Source: Acaryochloris marina MBIC11017 (GTDB lineage: Bacteria > Cyanobacteriota > Cyanobacteriia > Thermosynechococcales > Thermosynechococcaceae). From it: 32,000 nucleotides of DNA. How positions within the stretch are numbered: the stretch's first letter is position 1; the number at the start of each line of letters is the position of its first letter. A program made the translations under genes and the position numbers. The notes under the pieces are model-generated. The model searched no databases and had not been told where the DNA came from. It saw only the letters and a list, made by a program, of their open reading frames with translations. Below are positions 22,119-31,365 of this stretch, piece by piece. The stretch spans positions 3,810,001 to 3,842,000 of the forward strand of contig NC_009925.1 in the NCBI RefSeq assembly GCF_000018105.1, in the 5' to 3' direction.

Positions 22119-23924
22119 ATGAAAAAGTTCTTAAAGCAATTTCTCTATATACTAGCAGACCAGAAAATTATGCTATTGGTTTTGCTGGCTGCTGTTTTGG
22201 GAAATGCTGTTATAGAAACCTTAGGTATTGGCCTGATTGGACCTTTTATTGCCTTTGCAAGCGATCCAGAGCTAGTAGAAAAAACAATTGTAATTGGCCA
22301 AGTCTATGACTGGTTGAACTTTGAATCTAGGGAAAGGTTTATTGCATTTTTGGCTTTATTTATTATTATTATTTTTTATGTAAAGTCTTTTCTGAATTTT
22401 GTTATTCGTCGCTATATTTTTAACTTTGTATATCAGTACCAAGGTAAGCTGCGGATTCGGTTGTTAAGTGCGTATATGCAAATGCCATATACATTTCACT
22501 TAAAAAATAATTCCGCATTTATGATTCAGAGCATTATGAATCATACAGTTAGCTTTTGTAATGGCATCTTACTAGAGCTGCTGAATTCATTTGTTAGCCT
22601 AACGATTATTACCTTTCTGAGTATATTGCTGATTTATACGAGCCCTATCGCAACCATTGTGATTGGACTGATTCTATTTGTTGTTTTTGCGATTATTCTG
22701 CGCTTAAAAAATACGCTTTCTCGTTGGGGCAAAACGATTGCCCAGTCTCAAGCTGAGATGATTCGAGTCGTTAACCATAGTCTAGGGTCTGTAAAAGAGA
22801 CCAAAGTCATTGGGTGTGAGTCATTCTTCTTAGATCAACTAGATACCCAAGCTCAGTTATATTCCACTTCTCTCAGCGATTTCATGTCCTTCAATCAAAT
22901 CCCGCGCATTACGATTGAAGCCATGATTATGACCTTTATTCTAGGTTTTATTTCTGTTTCGATCTTAACGAATCAGGACTTCCAAGGGCTGATTTCGACA
23001 TTGGGTATCTTTGCGGTTGTATCGATACGATTGATGCCTTTGGCAACACAACTCAGCAAAGGTTTGAGCGTTTTAAGAAGCTCAACATTTGTCTTGGAAA
23101 AACTGTATCACGACCTAAAAGAGCTAGAAAATCATCAGGCCCTCATAGCGCCTTCTGCAGATGTTGCGGCTCAGTTCAAACCAGCGAATGGTAGTTTGGA
23201 ACCTTCTCATTTAGACTTTGAACAGGAGATTTTATTAGATAAAATCTCTTTCCAGTATGAAGGTGCTAAAAACCCGTCTCTCAATCAGATTCAACTTCGT
23301 ATTAAGAAAGGAGAATCCATCGCTCTGATTGGTAAATCAGGTGCAGGAAAAACGACCCTAGTAGATGTGCTCCTAGGCCTTCTGACGCCGACAGGGGGAG
23401 ATATAAAAGTTGATGATCAATCGGTTTACCAAGATTTGAGGGCTTGGCAGAATTTATTGGGTTATATTCCCCAATCTATCTTTTTGATTGATGACACCTT
23501 AGAGCGCAATATTGCCCTTGGGGTGCCCGATCACCTGATTGATGAGACTCGACTTAACCGTGCCATTGAATTAGCACAGCTATCTGAGCTCGTGAAGGAG
23601 CTACCCGATGGTGTGAATACGAATCTAGGAGAGCGTGGAGCCAATTTGTCTGGTGGTCAACGACAACGGGTTGGGATTGCCAGAGCTTTGTATCATGAGC
23701 GGGAAATTTTGGTGTTGGATGAAGCAACCTCTGCCCTTGATAATGAAACAGAGGCGCTGGTGTCAGAGGCGATTCGCTCTCTGAGTGACTCGAAGACGAT
23801 GATTATCATTGCCCACCGTTTAACCACGGTGGAGCATTGTAATTGCATTCATCTGATGAAGAATGGTCAGATTATTCAATCTGGAACCTATGAAGAAGTG
23901 GTTTTGGCAGCTAATGAAGAATAA
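22119..23924 (+). CDS. ABC transporter, fused permease/ATPase (type I exporter, MsbA-like half transporter)
   Basis: 601 aa with six predicted TM helices in the N-terminal half. Walker A GKSGAGKTT, Q-loop, signature LSGGQRQR, Walker B ILVLDEATSALD, H-loop IAHRL. There is no C39 peptidase domain. The gene is visibly AT-rich relative to its neighbours. Confidence 0.92.
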   Translation: MKKFLKQFLYILADQKIMLLVLLAAVLGNAVIETLGIGLIGPFIAFASDPELVEKTIVIGQVYDWLNFESRERFIAFLALFIIIIFYVKSFLNFVIRRYIFNFVYQYQGKLRIRLLSAYMQMPYTFHLKNNSAFMIQSIMNHTVSFCNGILLELLNSFVSLTIITFLSILLIYTSPIATIVIGLILFVVFAIILRLKNTLSRWGKTIAQSQAEMIRVVNHSLGSVKETKVIGCESFFLDQLDTQAQLYSTSLSDFMSFNQIPRITIEAMIMTFILGFISVSILTNQDFQGLISTLGIFAVVSIRLMPLATQLSKGLSVLRSSTFVLEKLYHDLKELENHQALIAPSADVAAQFKPANGSLEPSHLDFEQEILLDKISFQYEGAKNPSLNQIQLRIKKGESIALIGKSGAGKTTLVDVLLGLLTPTGGDIKVDDQSVYQDLRAWQNLLGYIPQSIFLIDDTLERNIALGVPDHLIDETRLNRAIELAQLSELVKELPDGVNTNLGERGANLSGGQRQRVGIARALYHEREILVLDEATSALDNETEALVSEAIRSLSDSKTMIIIAHRLTTVEHCNCIHLMKNGQIIQSGTYEEVVLAANEE

Positions 23925-23941
23925 TGGGCTGCTTTTATCTC

Positions 23942-24898
23942 CTAACTGAGTTCTTTCTCTTTCCGTTCCAAGGCTTTAGGAGCAGTTTCTCTGCCAATTT
24001 GCCAGAGGGTTGCCGCTGCTTCATGGCGCTTGGCTGCTTGTTTGGGTTTAAAGGTGCCAATTTTGCCAAAAGCCCGCTCGATATTACTACCTTGGGGCCC
24101 TTTGGTGAACAAATCGTTGTAAATATAGCCTGAGTGTCGTTTGTCAATCTCGGCAATATCGCTAAATTTCCAGGCAGCTCGGAGCGAGGAGGCACTGACA
24201 GGTTTGATGCTCTTGCCCTTGTCTATGCCAACTTTGATGCTGATCATCTCTTCACGAGTAATGGGTTGATCGGGTTTGAAGGTTTTGTCGTCGTAACCCA
24301 CGGAATAGCCCGCATTGGCTAGGGCTTGAACAACTTTAAACGCGGGATGTTTGGCATCAATATCTGTGAACTCTGGGTCGAAAGTAGGGGCCAAACGAAT
24401 CTTTTGGGCGGGACGACTGATGGCGTTATGGGCCTTGAATAGCCAGAGCATATATTCACCCCGAGAGATTGACTCGTAGGGCTGAAAGTTTTGATCGTCC
24501 GTTGCTTCTAATATCTCTAGCTTGATCAGATCGGCAATCAGCGGTTGCGTTGGCAAGTCGGCAATATCTTTGAAGGCGACAGCAGCGGGCTTGGTGGTTT
24601 CTGCCTCTGAAACAGGGGCATTATCCGAGGTATCTTCAGGTGCCTTGGAGACGATCTCTGAGACGGGCTTGGCTTCTTTGAGGGGATCTGAGCCTAGGCC
24701 AATTTCGTCTTGTTGCTCTTTGAGGGTTTTATTCTCAGCCTCTAGATCTTGTAATTTGGACTTTAACTCAGCCACTTCATCGGTTGTTTGGGTGGAGTCC
24801 TGATTGGCCTGATTACATCCACCAATCAATAGCCAACTACTGAGAAGAGATAGACTCAACAAGGAACGAAAGACAGGTTTCTTGGTAACAATCTTCAT
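23942..24898 (-). CDS. SLH-domain lipoprotein
   Basis: ORF 23942-24934. ATG 24898 gives MKIVTKKPVFRSLLSLSLLSSWLLIGGC (lipobox). A coiled-coil segment follows, then three SLH-like repeats: FKDIADLP..., FTDIDAKHPAFKVVQALANAGYSVGYDDKTFKPDQPITREEM and FSDIAEID... Confidence 0.75.
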   Translation of the reverse strand: MKIVTKKPVFRSLLSLSLLSSWLLIGGCNQANQDSTQTTDEVAELKSKLQDLEAENKTLKEQQDEIGLGSDPLKEAKPVSEIVSKAPEDTSDNAPVSEAETTKPAAVAFKDIADLPTQPLIADLIKLEILEATDDQNFQPYESISRGEYMLWLFKAHNAISRPAQKIRLAPTFDPEFTDIDAKHPAFKVVQALANAGYSVGYDDKTFKPDQPITREEMISIKVGIDKGKSIKPVSASSLRAAWKFSDIAEIDKRHSGYIYNDLFTKGPQGSNIERAFGKIGTFKPKQAAKRHEAAATLWQIGRETAPKALERKEKELS

Positions 24899-25092
24899 GG
24901 GGAGATAAGCTTCAACGGAATAAGGAAGGGACACAATTTTGATGTTGTGATGCTAGCTGCAAGAAAAGGCTGACTAAACTTTATGCTGCCCATCAACGAT
25001 CAAATGCCTCCCACTGTTTTATACCTAAAATACTTTTTTGAGGGTGATCACTCTCACCCTTATCCGCAATACCTAAGACCAGGACAACGACT

Positions 25093-26310
25093 TTGACCCA
25101 TCCGGACTCATTTAACCCCATTCTTTTTCAACGGATTGCCAACCGCATTCATGAGACACCTCACCAGCGGATCACCTTTGCTGAGTTTATGGAGCTGGCT
25201 TTGTACGACCCTGAGCAAGGCTACTATGCGACGAACCAGGTCCAAATCGGAGTGGCAGGGGATTTCTTTACTTCTCCTCATTTGTGTCCCGATTTTGGAG
25301 AATTGCTGGCTGAACAATTTCTAGATATGTGGCGGGTGATGGGGCAGCCGGAGCCGTTTACGTTGGTTGAAATGGGGGCCGGTCAAGGTTTGGTGGCGGC
25401 GGATGTACTGAAATACCTGGCAACCCGAAAACAGTCTGCAGAGGCATCTGATGACTATGCTGCTTTTTGGACCGCTTTACGTTACCTCATTGTGGAAAAA
25501 GCAGAAGGTTTAATCGCAGCACAACAGCGCTTGTTGCAGCCTTTTCAGTTTTCGCCTGACAAAGTGCAATGGATGGGGTTTGAGCAGCTACCTAAGACGG
25601 GGATAGTGGGCTGCTTCTTTTCTAATGAACTGGTGGATGCGCTACCAGTTCACCAATTTGTTGTCCAGGATGGCGCTTTGCAGGAAGTGTTTGTGACCGT
25701 TGATGCGGAGTCACGGTCTTTTACTGAGGTGATTTCAAACCCATCGACGGGCCGCTTGGCAGAATATTTAGTTGAGCAAGGCATCGATATTGGCGCAGGG
25801 TATGAAGACGGATATCGCAGTGAGATTAATTTAGCGGCACTGGATTGGTTAGAGACGGTCTCTCAAAAGCTAGACCGGGGATATGTACTGACGATTGATT
25901 ATGGCTACTTAGCGCCGCAATACTACAGCCCGCAGCGGCTACAGGGCACACTGCAATGCTTTCGACGGCATGGTGCCCATCAAGATCCCTATGCTTATCT
26001 TGGGCATCAAGATATTACGGCTCATGTGAACTTTACGACCCTAAAAAAGCAGGGTTTAGCCCTAGGGTTAACGTCAATGGGCTATACCCAACAAGGGTTG
26101 TTTTTAATGGCGTTGGGCCTGGGCGATCGCTTAGTTGCCAATAACAATACGAGTGATATCTCTCAATTGAATGAGGTGATTCGGCGACGGGAAACTCTTC
26201 AGTCTTTAATCAACCCTTTAGGGTTAGGCGGTTTTCAAGTCCTGATTCAAGGGAAAGGCTTGAACGAGAAAGAACAAAGCCAGGTATTGAAGGGCTTACA
26301 GATGCCTTGA
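25093..26310 (+). CDS. Class I SAM-dependent methyltransferase, MidA/NDUFAF7 (DUF185) family
   Basis: FAEFMELALYDPEQGYYA...GDFFTSPHLCPDFGELLA...FTLVEMGAGQGLVAADVL matches the MidA pattern. TTG start at 25093. Confidence 0.8.
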   Translation: MTHPDSFNPILFQRIANRIHETPHQRITFAEFMELALYDPEQGYYATNQVQIGVAGDFFTSPHLCPDFGELLAEQFLDMWRVMGQPEPFTLVEMGAGQGLVAADVLKYLATRKQSAEASDDYAAFWTALRYLIVEKAEGLIAAQQRLLQPFQFSPDKVQWMGFEQLPKTGIVGCFFSNELVDALPVHQFVVQDGALQEVFVTVDAESRSFTEVISNPSTGRLAEYLVEQGIDIGAGYEDGYRSEINLAALDWLETVSQKLDRGYVLTIDYGYLAPQYYSPQRLQGTLQCFRRHGAHQDPYAYLGHQDITAHVNFTTLKKQGLALGLTSMGYTQQGLFLMALGLGDRLVANNNTSDISQLNEVIRRRETLQSLINPLGLGGFQVLIQGKGLNEKEQSQVLKGLQMP

Positions 26311-26323
26311 TGCGCCAGGAAGA

Positions 26324-28321
26324 TTATTGACCCTTGACTGAATCCGTTTCGTGCCACCCTAATTGCACAGCTTGCTGTAAGGCTAGATCTGCCGTTTCTG
26401 TTTGGCCCACTGTTTGTAAGGCTTTGCTAAGGTTCACATAAGACTGAGCTTCATAGGGATAGAGCTGGATGGCGCGACGATAGGCTGCGATCGCACCCCC
26501 GTATTGCTGCTGTTGCATTAACACTTTCCCCAGACTGGTATGGGTTGGCGCTGTTTCTGGGAGGAGCCGTAGGGTTTGGTGATACGCTTCAATCGTCTCT
26601 TTGGGTTTCTCCTGGAGAACCAGCACATCTCCCCAGGATTGATAAACATATAAGTCGGCTAAATTTGGACTGATTTCCTGTGCTCGTTTGACATCAATAG
26701 GGTTGGCTCCAATTGCATCCTTATGAATGGTGTAGGTCATTGCATCATTCCCCACTCGATTAGCCCGATAGGCAGCTTGGATGACTTGGGGAGGGATAGC
26801 CTGACTTTGCTGTTGAAAGAATTGAGAAGCAGCTGTGATGTCTGTCGGATTGTCCGTAGCGGTGGCTAAACAGTGATGGGCAGCAGAATTCTGGGCGTCA
26901 ATGGCCAACCCTTGGCGGCAATATTGAGCGGCTAATGTAGGTTGTTGGTTGGCCAGTAGTAACCGTCCCAACTGAGTATAAGCATGTACTTCTTTGTTGG
27001 AGTTTTGCCGCAATATGTCCAAGGCTTCTCTAGGGCGCTGTAACTTGACTAAGGTCTTGGCAATGTCCCTGTTGGCATATTTATTGAGTTGATATTCCTG
27101 CTGAAAACTGGTTAAGGCTACTTTGACTTGACCTTTCTTGAATTGAACCTGACCTAGGCAAGACCATGTGTTTGCCAGATTTCTATCTTGTTCTTCTTTA
27201 TGCCAAGGTGAGGATTGAACCTGTAGATCGGTTAGAAGTTCTTTGGCTTGTTGGCAATTGCTTTCAGCCTTAGCTAATTGATTAGCTTGAATGTGTTTCT
27301 TAGCTTGTTCAAGCAAATGCTTGACATAAATTTTTTGAAATGGCCCCTCTGATTGCAAGTACTGCCTCGATATTGCCTTAGCTTCCTCCACTTGGTTGTG
27401 ATCCACTAAGAATTGGATAAAGCCTAGAGCAATCGGTCTTGGACCGATAGGGTCTGTAAGTTCGAGAGATTTGCGAAAGGCTGATTTTGCTGGTTCGATA
27501 CGATTTAATGAGTTGAGACTGAATGCTAACTTTTGATAGGCATAAGCTTCATTCTCTTTGTGGTTCAGGTATTGGCTATCGGTTTTAACCCCTGTACGGT
27601 AGGCTGCTAGTGCTTCATCTACGCGGTTTGCGCGAACCAAAGCATCACCCAGCAATCGGTGAGAGAAACCTGAATTGGATTTGGACTTGAACCAAGTGTG
27701 ACGAAAAGCAGTTAGTGCCTCATCTAGTTGGTCATGTTTGACCAAGGCATTCCCTAAATATTCATAAATCTTCCAATCTGGCTTTTCTGTAATAGCTTGG
27801 CGATAAGCTTTGATCGCTTCAGACAGCCGTCCTTCAGTCTCCAACGCTAGTCCGAGTCGAAAATGGACCTCTGCTTCCTGCATCCCTTTGGGGGCCTCAG
27901 GATAGCTTTTCATGATGCCCTGGCGAAAGGTTGAAATGGCATCTTCTGTCTTGTTCTGTTTCACTAGAGCTTTGCCCCAGCTTTGATAGATCCGCGAAAC
28001 ATTGGGAGGATTTAAGGCGATGGCTTGCTGATAGTGACTAATCGCTTGATCGACCTGATTTTCAGCCACCAGAACCAAGCCCAACTGATGATGGGCTTCC
28101 GCATCTTTAGGGTTGAGCTTGAGGGCCTGTTCCCACACCTGGGTTTGTTGGGTCCTCGCTAACAATCGCTCTACTGGATTGTCTTGTTCGCCAGAGTTCT
28201 TGGCTGTCTCCGCAACGGGCTGAGCTGGTGATGGATGAGTTGAAATCAGGTGGTGACGATACAACAGACCGATAGACAATACACCTAAACAAGCAAGGGA
28301 TAGGGCGGTCTTCTTTTTCAT
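26324..28321 (-). CDS. Exported tetratricopeptide-repeat (TPR) protein
   Basis: 665 aa. Signal peptide MKKKTALSLACLGVLSIGLL. Many 34-aa TPR units follow (A..HYQQAIALNP, AIKAYRQAI, AIAAYRRAIQLYP). Confidence 0.85.
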   Translation of the reverse strand: MKKKTALSLACLGVLSIGLLYRHHLISTHPSPAQPVAETAKNSGEQDNPVERLLARTQQTQVWEQALKLNPKDAEAHHQLGLVLVAENQVDQAISHYQQAIALNPPNVSRIYQSWGKALVKQNKTEDAISTFRQGIMKSYPEAPKGMQEAEVHFRLGLALETEGRLSEAIKAYRQAITEKPDWKIYEYLGNALVKHDQLDEALTAFRHTWFKSKSNSGFSHRLLGDALVRANRVDEALAAYRTGVKTDSQYLNHKENEAYAYQKLAFSLNSLNRIEPAKSAFRKSLELTDPIGPRPIALGFIQFLVDHNQVEEAKAISRQYLQSEGPFQKIYVKHLLEQAKKHIQANQLAKAESNCQQAKELLTDLQVQSSPWHKEEQDRNLANTWSCLGQVQFKKGQVKVALTSFQQEYQLNKYANRDIAKTLVKLQRPREALDILRQNSNKEVHAYTQLGRLLLANQQPTLAAQYCRQGLAIDAQNSAAHHCLATATDNPTDITAASQFFQQQSQAIPPQVIQAAYRANRVGNDAMTYTIHKDAIGANPIDVKRAQEISPNLADLYVYQSWGDVLVLQEKPKETIEAYHQTLRLLPETAPTHTSLGKVLMQQQQYGGAIAAYRRAIQLYPYEAQSYVNLSKALQTVGQTETADLALQQAVQLGWHETDSVKGQ

Positions 28322-28376
28322 GGCAATTCAGGGAGAGATGAAATCGATTAAGGCGAAATGAGTGCTAAAGAACGGG

Positions 28377-29444
28377 CTACAACCGCGATTTGGCTTTGGC
28401 TAGATTGTCTTTTGCTTCCGTCAAATTGGGGTTGAGGGAGAGGGCTTGTTCGAAGGATGCGATCGCAGCTTGAATCTCTCCATGTTCCAGCAATGCTCTC
28501 CCCAAACCGCTATGAATATTAGCGTCATCAGGCTGTAATCGAAGGGCTGCACGATAGGCGTCGATACCCATGTGAAGATGTTGATAGGGCATAGTTGCCC
28601 CAGCTTGTGCGTAAGACTGAGCCGCCGCCGCTAGCTGACCTGCCTTTTCTTGGGCAGATGCCAGGGAATAGTACATGTGGCCCGTCGGATGGATGACAAT
28701 CGCTTTTTGGTAAGCGCGGATAGCGGGCTGGTATTGCTCAAGCGCCACAAAATCATGGCCCACACCTCGCCAGGCTAACGCTTTGCTGTCGGTATACGAG
28801 GATTCCAAATCCTTTAAACCGTTCGACATCTCATTGGCCGCAATTTGTTGTTGATAGCCCTGCACATAGGCCATCATCGCCGCTTCGGCATCACCTTTGG
28901 CGACTAACGTTTGGCCTAAGCCGAAATAAAGCGTTTCATCTCCTGGGTAAAGAGCAATCGCCCGCTTTCGATACCGCAATGCTGCATCAACTTCCTGATG
29001 TTGAGTCAGAAGATGGGCCAGTTGAGTACGAGCGTGAGCGTCATACCATGCCGAGCTTCTGGCCGTAAACTGAGTCTCAAGCACCAGAGCCTGGCGAAGT
29101 GCTGGCAAGGCCTCTTCCAGTCGTTGGAGCTGGACCAACACCTCTGCCATCTGACGATATACCTGGGAGTTGGTGGTATCCACCGCCAAAGATTGACGAT
29201 AAGCAATTATGGCTGCCGCTAATTTACCGTCTTGGGCTAAACGATTGCCTTGCTTAAAAAGCTGCTCAGCTGTTGTAGAGGGCTGAGTTGGGGTCTCTTT
29301 AACCTGTTGATGAGGCAGATCTAAGGGTTGCGAAGGTGCCGCTGGTGAGGCAACGACCAAGGCATTCAGCCAAACCAAGGCCAGAGAGGAAACTGTTTTC
29401 ATAGAAGTAACCACAATAGGGAATCGGTCTGACAGCGCTCCCAT
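28377..29444 (-). CDS. Exported TPR repeat protein
   Basis: 355 aa. The likely start is MKTVSSLALVWLNALVVASPA (29402). TPR units include AIIAYRQSLAVD, ALRYRKRAIALYP, AIRAYQKAIVIHP and AIASFEQALSLNP. Confidence 0.8.
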   Translation of the reverse strand: MGALSDRFPIVVTSMKTVSSLALVWLNALVVASPAAPSQPLDLPHQQVKETPTQPSTTAEQLFKQGNRLAQDGKLAAAIIAYRQSLAVDTTNSQVYRQMAEVLVQLQRLEEALPALRQALVLETQFTARSSAWYDAHARTQLAHLLTQHQEVDAALRYRKRAIALYPGDETLYFGLGQTLVAKGDAEAAMMAYVQGYQQQIAANEMSNGLKDLESSYTDSKALAWRGVGHDFVALEQYQPAIRAYQKAIVIHPTGHMYYSLASAQEKAGQLAAAAQSYAQAGATMPYQHLHMGIDAYRAALRLQPDDANIHSGLGRALLEHGEIQAAIASFEQALSLNPNLTEAKDNLAKAKSRL

Positions 29445-29603
29445 TCACCGTCAGACCTAGAGTGGGCAAAGCTTCCTGGGGGAATGTCACTTGCGCCAAA
29501 CTATATTGATAGTATCGGCAGTTTTATATAGTATTTCAGTGATATGTGCCTGAAAGGCGAGTGACACTTATCACGCTGCAAGCATCTAAAAAGGTCCGAT
29601 CGA

Positions 29604-30593
29604 TCAAGATACCTTTTTTAGAAGCTTACGCCAGATCGTCTGCAGGCGAAGTTGGGTGATCCGCATGGGCGTGAGAGGCACAATACCAGCTTGTTGATGG
29701 GGTTGAGCGTCAAAAAATGCGTTAACCTCAGTCAGAATTACCTGCAGCCTGTGCAGAATATTCTCCGTCCGATATTCGGCTAAGACCGATTCTGGTAAAC
29801 CAACGGCTTGCTCAGACTGCAACACCTGCTGAATCCGCTGTACATCAAAGGTGAGGGAGTGCCCTGCAATTTTGTAACAGTTGAAACCTGGATCTAAGTA
29901 ATCTGACAACCCACCATTAATACTTGAAAACACCTGACAGCCACAGGCCATTGCTTCCATCGGCTGTAATCCAAAGCCTTCACTCACCTTTTGTTGCGCC
30001 CAATATTCGGCTGAATCGTAGAGATACACTTTGGCTCGATTAAAAAGCTTGGATAAATCTTCGACATAGCTATCGACCACCATCACGTTGCAAACCTGCT
30101 GCAAGGCTGGAATCAGCTCCTGTAATAGATAAGTTGAAGATTTCCGGGCTTGCACCAATACATCAATATTCCGGTCCAGATTTAAGTTCTGAAAATTGTC
30201 TGAAATTTGGTTGGGTAAGTAGTACAGCAGGGAATGGGGCGATCGCTGTCCCCAATAGCCCAAGGTATTTCGACTGACGGTAATAATAGGAACCCTGGCA
30301 GGTAGAGTAAAGCCATAGCCTGAGCTATGGGCATGGTAAATCACGTTATAGTCGATTAACTGTTGCGCCAGTTGCCCCACATCGAAGCCCCAGCTAATCA
30401 CCAAAATGGCTTGATCGAGGGGTTGATTGAGTAAATCAGCTAGGAATAGAGTGTCAGGCTCCCGCTGTTTGTAGGTGACTACCTCTGCCGAACAGATCTG
30501 CTGGGCCAATTTCAAGGTTTTCAGTTCGGCCCAAAGGCCACCGCAGGCATACTTACCGCCTAACCCTGGAACCAGAAAATATAACTTGCGCAT
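29604..30593 (-). CDS. Glycosyltransferase (GT-B fold, GT4-like)
   Basis: 329 aa. The C-terminal EGFGLQPMEAMACGCQVFSS is the E-x7-E region typical of GT4 enzymes. The acceptor and donor are unknown. Confidence 0.7.
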   Translation of the reverse strand: MRKLYFLVPGLGGKYACGGLWAELKTLKLAQQICSAEVVTYKQREPDTLFLADLLNQPLDQAILVISWGFDVGQLAQQLIDYNVIYHAHSSGYGFTLPARVPIITVSRNTLGYWGQRSPHSLLYYLPNQISDNFQNLNLDRNIDVLVQARKSSTYLLQELIPALQQVCNVMVVDSYVEDLSKLFNRAKVYLYDSAEYWAQQKVSEGFGLQPMEAMACGCQVFSSINGGLSDYLDPGFNCYKIAGHSLTFDVQRIQQVLQSEQAVGLPESVLAEYRTENILHRLQVILTEVNAFFDAQPHQQAGIVPLTPMRITQLRLQTIWRKLLKKVS

Positions 30594-30693
30594 ACCTCAA
30601 GCCTGTCGACTAGAGATAGTGTAAGCCGCCAATGCTGAAATTGAACGCTGGATATTAAGATTAGAGAGTTCTGCAAGCCGTCCCTATTTCCCC

Positions 30694-31311
30694 ATGCAAC
30701 CTCGCCGAATTGCCCGTGAATTGGCACTTTTAAGTATTGGTCAATTGCCTAGCAATTCCGATCGCCTCGCCAACCAAGATTTGCAAGCTGTGATGATTAC
30801 GGCGGTACGGACCCTGGTGGCTGAAGTGCAAGAAGCACTAGAAACGGCAAGTGCTGAACTAAAACGGGGTAGCGATCGCATCCTCGATAGCGAACTCAAA
30901 GCCATTGATGTGCAGAGTTCGCGGGCGATGGTCACCGAAGCCATTGACCTCACCAAAACAGCCGTCAACCGCTTAGGGCTAGCGATTGACTTTCCCGAAT
31001 TTATCCAGCTGGCCAATCAACAGTCAGTCCGAGACTACACCCTCGACTTAATTGGAGCCGTTCACCATCATCGTGACGAAATTGACCAAATCCTAGAAAC
31101 ATCCTTGGTAGATTGGCAGCTCCATCGATTAGCCCATATCGATGCCAATTTGTTGCGGTTGGCCGTTGCTGAAATGAAGTATTTGGATATTCCCAATCAA
31201 GTAGCGATTAACGAATCTGTCGAGCTGGCCAAAAAATATAGCGCCGAAGAGGGTCATCGCTTTATTAATGGTGTTTTGCGGCGGGTAACCCGTCAGATCG
31301 CGGTACCTTAA
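30694..31311 (+). CDS. nusB: Transcription antitermination factor NusB
   Basis: RRIARELALLSIGQL at the N-terminus, HRLAHIDANLLRLAVAEM, and INESVELAKKYSAEEGHRFINGVLRRV. Cyanobacterial nusB commonly precedes ftsY. Confidence 0.9.
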   Translation: MQPRRIARELALLSIGQLPSNSDRLANQDLQAVMITAVRTLVAEVQEALETASAELKRGSDRILDSELKAIDVQSSRAMVTEAIDLTKTAVNRLGLAIDFPEFIQLANQQSVRDYTLDLIGAVHHHRDEIDQILETSLVDWQLHRLAHIDANLLRLAVAEMKYLDIPNQVAINESVELAKKYSAEEGHRFINGVLRRVTRQIAVP

Positions 31312-31365
31312 TATGCGGTAGGTTGAAATCAAATCCGCCCCCATCGTTTCGTTTAGGAAAAGGTC

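Noticed and set aside
23924-24322. ORFs 23924-24133 (+), 23935-24195 (-) and 24134-24322 (+)
   Set aside because: They overlap the SLH-domain gene (23942-24898, -), whose frame contains three recognisable SLH repeats.
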